Origin: Candidatus Vampirococcus lugosii
Lineage (GTDB): Bacteria > Patescibacteriota > Gracilibacteria > Absconditabacterales > Absconditicoccaceae
Direction: 5' to 3'
Assembly: GCF_018420025.1 (NCBI RefSeq)
Contig: NZ_JAEDAM010000035.1
Coordinates: 1 to 12,945 of the forward strand
DNA length: 12,945 nucleotides
The notes beneath the pieces were generated by a model. It saw only the letters and a list, made by a program, of their open reading frames with translations, did no database searches and was not told the DNA's origin. Of this stretch, positions 7,730 through 12,945 are shown in pieces; the stretch's first letter is position 1, and each line of letters opens with the position of its first letter. The position numbers and the translations under genes were made by a program.

Positions 7730-8608
7730 ATGAAAGATAATATTTTGTTTGATTCTTACAAAGATATTTTGAATGATACAAGTTTAACAAGATTAGCTAC
7801 ACTTACAACAATTATTTATTCTATCATATTTGTAATATATGTAGTTTATCAAACATATTCTACAATTTCTGAAACAACAGACCAAAGTAAAACTATTGAT
7901 ATTGCTATTGAATATATTAGTTTTTTTATAAAAAATATAGAATTTGCAGGTTTTATTTTTATTTGAGCCATTATTTTAGCTATATGATATTTTTTGTTGC
8001 CACCAATAGCAGATTGAGCATTAATTAGTTATGTAAAAAATAAAAAACATGGTTGAAAAAAAGCATTATCAAAATGAATACTTAACTTTTTTCCAATGTT
8101 TGAATATAATGCAATGACAAGTGCAGTAAATTTTTTGGTATTTTTCATAGCAATAAGTAGAGCATATAGTATGTGAATTTTGAATAATATATTTATACAA
8201 ATTTTAATATGAATTTGGTGATTAGTTTTACTTTTTGCATCTATATTTTTTCATTATTCAAAATTTTTTATAATTCTCAAATGATTATGACCAATAGATG
8301 CAATGAAAGAAAGTATTTTTCTAACTTTTGAAAACTTTTTTTTGACAATAAAATTTGTATTTATAAGTTATTTACTTTATATTAGATTTATATTAAATAT
8401 ATTATTTGTAATATTTATACCTTTATTTTTGATTCGACTTAATGTTAAATTATGATTTTTTGATTCAAATATTACTAAATTTATGATTTATACATCATTT
8501 TGATTATTAATTATACTTACTGCATATATAAATTGAATTATAGAAGCATTTTTCATATCGTACTGGTACAAAGTTTTTGAAAAAACACAAGAAAACACAG
8601 AAGATTAA
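7730..8608 (+). CDS. Hypothetical polytopic integral membrane protein (292 aa), family not recognised
   Basis: The track ORF 7730-7966 continues through TGA codons in frame 2 to TAA at 8606-8608, checked line by line. The sequence has repeated long hydrophobic stretches: TTIIYSIIFVIYVVY, FAGFIFIGAIILAIGYFLL, AVNFLVFFIAI, ILIGIWGLVLLFASIFF, FVFISYLLYIRFILNILFVIFIPLFLI, MIYTSFGLLIILTAYINGIIEAFFI. It starts 17 nt after the pseudouridine synthase stop, suggesting co-transcription. Confidence 0.75.
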
Positions 8609-8717
8609 TTATTATATATTTAAAATAATTTACTAAAAATAAAAAACAGTTTGATATTGAAAAAAATGAGTAAATATTTATAATAGCACAAATTTTATGT
8701 ATTAACTTTTTATTGTT

Positions 8718-11009
8718 TTGGCAAAAAAAAAAACTAGTAAAAAATCAAAAAAAATTGTTATAAATAAATATAAAATAGCATTAATTTTATTAGCTATTTG
8801 TGTACTATTTTTCTTTACTGTTTTTATGGCATCAGATGGAACACCACTTTATCGAGTAATTGAATTTCCAACACATTTAATAATTTGAAAATATTGAAGT
8901 TTTCTATTTTTTTCTTTTACTACAATAATGGCTTTTTATATATTATATGATGAATCAATATTAAAGAAAAAAATATTTAAAAAACTTTTATTATTATTTA
9001 TTATATCTTGTGCTATAATTAGTTTTCCGATATTAGAAAGTAGTGGATCTTGATCTTTGGATCCTTATAATTTAGGTTGATGGACATGATATATTGCATT
9101 AATGATTATAAGTTTTCTTTTGTGACATCAAAAAGAACCTACTCAATATTTTACTTTGCTTATTTTTTTATGAGTTTTTATTCGATTATTATTTACTCTT
9201 AAAATTAAGTTTTCTGCACCACAAATTCAATTTGATATATGAGATTGAAGAAATACTAAAAAAAATGAAATTAAATGAAAAATTAAAGAAAAAAAGTCTA
9301 ATTTTTTGTCAAAGAAAGAAAATATATCAAAAGCATCTGATATTGTAAATGATATACCAAAAAAAGAAAATAAAGCAAAATTAATTTTTAAATCATTTTT
9401 TGAAAAAAAATCAAAAGATAATAATGAAAATAATGATATCAATAACGAAAATGATAATAATATTATAGAAAATAAAAAAGAAAATATTATAAATAAAAAT
9501 TTAAAACAAAATAATAATATACAAGAAACAAAACAAAATAATACACAAGAAGTAAAACAACAAAAATTATCTTTTCCTGAAGATAAACCTAGTTTTGATA
9601 TAAATATTTTGGATGATGAACAAGATCAATCTCAATATGAACTTGATGATAATTATTTGAGTGAAAAAGCAAATTCAATTATTAATAAATTGGATGAATT
9701 TATGATACCAGTTTCTTTTGAATGATATAATATATGACCTACAGTAATACAAATAAAAATTAAACCAGAAGCTTGAATAAAAATATCAAGAATAGAAAAC
9801 TTAAAAAAAGATTTAGCACTTTGATTAAAAACTAAATCTTTAAGAATTTTGGCTCCTATTCCTGGAACAGAATTTATTTGAATAGAAATACCAAATCCAA
9901 AACCTCAAATAGTTGCTCTTAGTCAAATACTTTGATCAAAAGAACTTGGAAATAATATGTCAAATCATTTAACTAATCTTTCATTATGAAAATGAATAGA
10001 TTGAAATATTGTTATTAAACCACTTGAAAAAATGCCACATCTTTTAGTTGCATGAGCTACTGGTAGTGGTAAATCTGTATGAGTTAATGATTTTATATTA
10101 TCATTATTATTTCAAAATAGTCCTAGTGAACTTAAATTTATAATGGTAGATCCAAAACAAGTAGAATTATGAATGTATGAATGAATACCTTATTTACTCT
10201 CCCCTATTATTACAGAACCTGAAAAGGCAGTAAAAATATTAAAACGAGCTGTTGAATTTATGAATTCTAGATATCAAAAACTTAAAAAAACTAAAGTAAG
10301 AAATATTGATCAATACAATCAAAAAGTACCAAAAGAAGAAAAAATGTATCGTTTAGTTATAATTATTGATGAATTAGCTGATCTTATGATGAGTAGTAAT
10401 AAAAAAGATACTGAAAATTATATAGCAAGAATAGCACAAATGGCTAGAGCTGTATGAATTCATCTAATAGTTGCTACACAAAGACCATCTGTTAATGTTA
10501 TTACTTGAGTTATTAAAGCTAATATTCCTACTAGAATAGCATTTGGTGTAGTTTCTGTAGTTGATAGTAGAACTATATTGGATAGTAAAGGTGCAGAAGA
10601 TTTGGTATGAAAATGAGATATGTTATATATGGATACTACTACCAAATTTCCTATGAGAATTCAAGCTCCATTTGTAGATACTGATGAAACTGAAAATGTA
10701 GTTTCAAGTATTAAAGAAAAATATATGCAATGACTTAAAGAAGAAGATATATATCATCCAGAAATTATAAATATATTGGAATCTAAACCTGAATATGCTT
10801 GATGATGAAATTGATCTGATTGATGAGATGATGAATTGATCGAACAAGCTATACAAATAATTACAGAAACAAGAAAAGCAAGTGCAACTATGTTACAAAG
10901 AAAATTAGGTATATGATTTGCAAGAGCTGCTAGACTTATGGATATTTTGGAAGAAAGATGAATAGTATGACCTGTAGATTGAGCTAAACCTAGAGAAATT
11001 TATGTATAA
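8718..11009 (+). CDS. ftsK: DNA translocase FtsK/SpoIIIE (about 763 aa; start codon uncertain)
   Basis: Frame 3 is open from 8706 to TAA at 11007-11009 under table 25 and joins the track fragments 9306-9725 and 10260-10457. Order of parts: N-terminal TM segments ([60 protein letters not shown]), an N/K/E-rich linker, then the motor domain. Motor motifs: [19 protein letters not shown] (Walker A), [25 protein letters not shown] (Walker B), [51 protein letters not shown]. The gamma domain is [30 protein letters not shown]. The proposed start is TTG at 8718 ([12 protein letters not shown]...). The first in-frame ATG (~8826) would remove the first TM helix. Confidence 0.9.
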
Positions 11010-11159
11010 TTCAAGATTTTAAATATTTAAATATTATAAAGACTTGAAAAGAATAAAAATTAAATTTTAGATAATTAAATTATAAATTTAAAAGACACGT
11101 CAATAAAATGAGTGGGTGAAAAATATTTAAAATTGCCAACACATTATATATATTTTTGT

Positions 11160-11187
11160 TTGATATTAATCAAAAAATATATATAAT
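11160..11187 (+). promoter_or_regulatory. Candidate promoter upstream of the ABC-F gene (TTGATA - 16 nt - TATAAT)
   Basis: ttgata at 11160-11165 and tataat at 11182-11187, about 26-38 nt upstream of the candidate ATGs. This is a hexamer match only in very AT-rich DNA, so it is weak. Confidence 0.25.
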
Positions 11188-11212
11188 GTAAATTAAATTA
11201 TTTATTTATTTA

Positions 11213-12685
11213 ATGAGTTTTGTTATGTCTGAAAAAAATAATGCGATACTTCGTTTTGATAATGTGTCATTTGATTACAATGATTGAGCTAATATAATTT
11301 TGAATGAAGCATCTTTTTCTGTTCGTGAAAATACGAAAATAACTATAATGTGACAAAATTGAGCTGGTAAATCTACCATATTTAAACTAATTACATGAGA
11401 ACTTAAACCTAAATCATGAAAAATAAATATAGTAAATTGAAATTCTGTTGCTATTGCTAGACAAGTAATTCCAAAAGAACAGTTTTTGTATACAGTAAGA
11501 GAATTTTTTGAACAAGTATTTGATGAAAAAGATTATCAATTAGATATGAAAATAAACAATATTCTCAAAGAAGTAAATCTAAAAACAAATTTAGATAAAA
11601 AAATAAAAGATTTTTCATGATGACAACAAGCAAGATTGCTTTTGGCTCAAGCTTTAATACAAGAACCAGATATATTACTTTTGGATGAACCTACAAATAA
11701 TTTAGATAAAGATTGAATATGAGATTTAATTTGATTTTTGCTTACATATTTAAAAACTGTTATAGTTATAAGTCATGATGCTGATTTTTTGAATATGTTT
11801 ACAGATTGAGTTTTATATTTAAATAAAAATGATAATACTGTAGAACAATATTGGTGAGATTATTATACAGTTTTGGAAGAAATAAAAAACCAAATAGAAA
11901 AAGAAAAATCTCAAAATGCAAGAGCAGAGAAAAAAATGAAAGATGCAAAAGAAAAAATTAATTATTTTGCAAATAAATGATGAAAAATGAGAAAAATAGC
12001 TAAAAAAATGAAAGAAGAAATAGAAGAAGTTGAAGATGAAAAAGTAATAGTGAGAAAAGATGATAAAACAATTCCTAATTTTGAAATTCCTTTTGATAAT
12101 TATAACGGTCCTATTGTTCAAATCAAAAATATAACTATAGTAAATAAAGAATGAGAATTACAAACTAATAAAGTGAAAATTCAGTTAAAGAAAAAAGAAA
12201 AACTTTTAATAAAATGACCAAACTGAATATGAAAATCTACTTTATTGAAAAGAATGGTAAATTGAAAAGATAATGATGCTAAAATTACAAGCGATGTAAA
12301 AATTTGATATTATAGTCAAGATTTTGATGCATTAGATATGAGTATGTCAGTTTGGGATTCTTTACATGAAATGAGTAATGAAGTTACTAATCAAGAAGTT
12401 TATGATACAGCTGGTAGATTTATGTTGGCTAAACTTATAAAGAGTAAAGTAGGAGCTTTATCAGAATGACAAAAATGACTTTTATGTTATGCAAGATTTA
12501 TAATACAAAGACCAGATTTATTAATTATGGATGAACCAAGTAATCATATTAATTTCCGTCATTTACCAGTAATAGCTGATGCATTAAATAATTATAAATG
12601 AGCTATGATAATGATAAGTCATGATGAAGAATTCTTGAGTAATATAAAAGATGTAGATGAATTAGATTTATCTTCGTTTTTGTAA
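11213..12685 (+). CDS. ABC-F family ATPase (tandem ABC domains, no TM domain; 490 aa from ATG 11213, alternative ATG 11225)
   Basis: Frame 2 translated line by line with TGA=Gly and open to TAA at 12683-12685. NBD1 motifs: MGQNGAGKST (Walker A), [12 protein letters not shown] (signature), [12 protein letters not shown] (Walker B), VISHD. A K/E-rich inter-domain linker follows ([44 protein letters not shown]). NBD2 motifs: [40 protein letters not shown]. Confidence 0.9.
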
Positions 12686-12720
12686 TTATACTAAAAACAT
12701 TTAATAATATTAGTATAATT
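12684..12720. other. 10-bp AT-rich inverted repeat bridging two convergent stop codons (possible weak bidirectional terminator)
   Basis: aattatacta (12684-12693) and tagtataatt (12711-12720) are exact reverse complements separated by 17 nt. They overlap the ABC-F TAA (12683-12685) and the IS630-like stop (12719-12721). The stem has a single G:C pair and there is no clear T-tract. Confidence 0.25.
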
Positions 12721-12945
12721 ATCTAATTATTTGAATTTTATTATTCAACAAACTAGATAATTTTTCCTTAAAAGTTAAATTAAATTCTCAGCAAATAGCC
12801 TTAATTATTTCTATAAAATCAAAAAAATTAGGAGTATATGTATTTTTTAATACTTTTTTTAAAAATTTCCAAACTCTTTCTATTAAATTTAAATTAGGTG
12901 AATATGGCGGTAAATAACACAGTTTTATTCACAGTTTTTCAGCTA
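12719..12945 (-). CDS. IS630/Tc1-mariner-family (DDE_3) transposase, C-terminal part only; 5' portion lies beyond the right window edge
   Basis: The minus frame is open from the window edge to TAA (12719-12721), checked triplet by triplet: AEKLGIKLCYLPPYSPNLNLIERVWKFLKKVLKNTYTPNFFDFIEIIKAICGEFNLTFKEKLSSLLNNKIQIIR. LPPYSPxLNxIERvW..lK is the hallmark IS630 motif around the last catalytic residue. It contains TGA-encoded Gly. Intact versus truncated cannot be judged from this window. Confidence 0.75.

Noticed and set aside
9227-9442. Track ORF on the minus strand (71 aa, F/S/L-rich)
   Set aside because: It is antisense to the A-rich low-complexity linker of ftsK. Antisense of poly-Lys/Asn coding sequence naturally gives open F/L/I reading frames.
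10460-10645. Track ORF on the minus strand (61 aa)
   Set aside because: It is antisense to the most conserved part of the FtsK motor domain ([12 protein letters not shown]...), which is unambiguous on the plus strand.
11018-11031. Perfect palindrome TTTAAATATTTAAA just downstream of ftsK, considered as an operator or terminator
   Set aside because: It is A/T-only, short, and has no flanking T-tract or G:C clamp. Such palindromes are frequent by chance at this base composition.
11819-12121. Track ORF on the minus strand (100 aa, poly-F/I)
   Set aside because: It is antisense to the K/E-rich inter-domain linker of the ABC-F gene and is a compositional artefact.
1-12945. Mycoplasma/Spiroplasma-type code (table 4, TGA=Trp) as the explanation for in-frame TGA
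   Set aside because: TGA falls on invariant glycines (P-loop GxxGxGKS, ABC signature LSGGQ, prepilin Gly-1, GpmI and RluA motifs). Trp at those positions would destroy the motifs. TGG is separately used at expected Trp positions.
1-12945. CRISPR arrays, rRNA genes, toxin-antitoxin pairs or recognisable defence operons
   Set aside because: There are no regularly spaced direct repeats, no rRNA-like G+C-rich conserved blocks, and no small adjacent gene pairs with recognisable toxin or antitoxin motifs on either strand under table 25.

Overview
Very AT-rich bacterial window that is only interpretable if TGA is read as glycine (translation table 25, known from Gracilibacteria/BD1-5 and Absconditabacteria/SR1 in the CPR/Patescibacteria). 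The supplied standard-code ORF track is therefore nearly empty, and several of its minus-strand ORFs are antisense artefacts. I re-translated by hand with TGA=Gly and only TAA/TAG as stops.

Left end, an accessory patch of decayed material: an ISAs1-family transposase wreck (287-1035), a SMI1/KNR4 (SUKH) immunity-like gene (1139-1993, minus), a small stop-interrupted ORF (2143-2436, minus), a tRNA-Trp(CCA)-like element with a perfect 3' half and a poorly pairing 5' half (2674-2747, minus), and an IS1634/IS4-like transposase fragment (2954-3361, minus).

Middle: gpmI (3442-4956), a short rve-type transposase C-terminal remnant (5005-5226), and two tandem divergent type IV pilin paralogs (5260-5757 and 5900-6385, minus). 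The pilins share a 15-nt promoter-like motif and are separated by an intrinsic terminator.

Right: a plus-strand housekeeping block of an RluA-family pseudouridine synthase (6750-7712), an unknown polytopic membrane protein (7730-8608), ftsK (8718-11009) and an ABC-F ATPase (11213-12685). An IS630-family transposase C-terminus runs off the right edge (12719-12945, minus).

No CRISPR array, rRNA or obvious defence operon was seen. The main points of interest are the recoding itself, the pilin pair, the orphan immunity-like locus beside the aberrant tRNA, and four different IS-family remnants that all carry TGA-encoded glycines.
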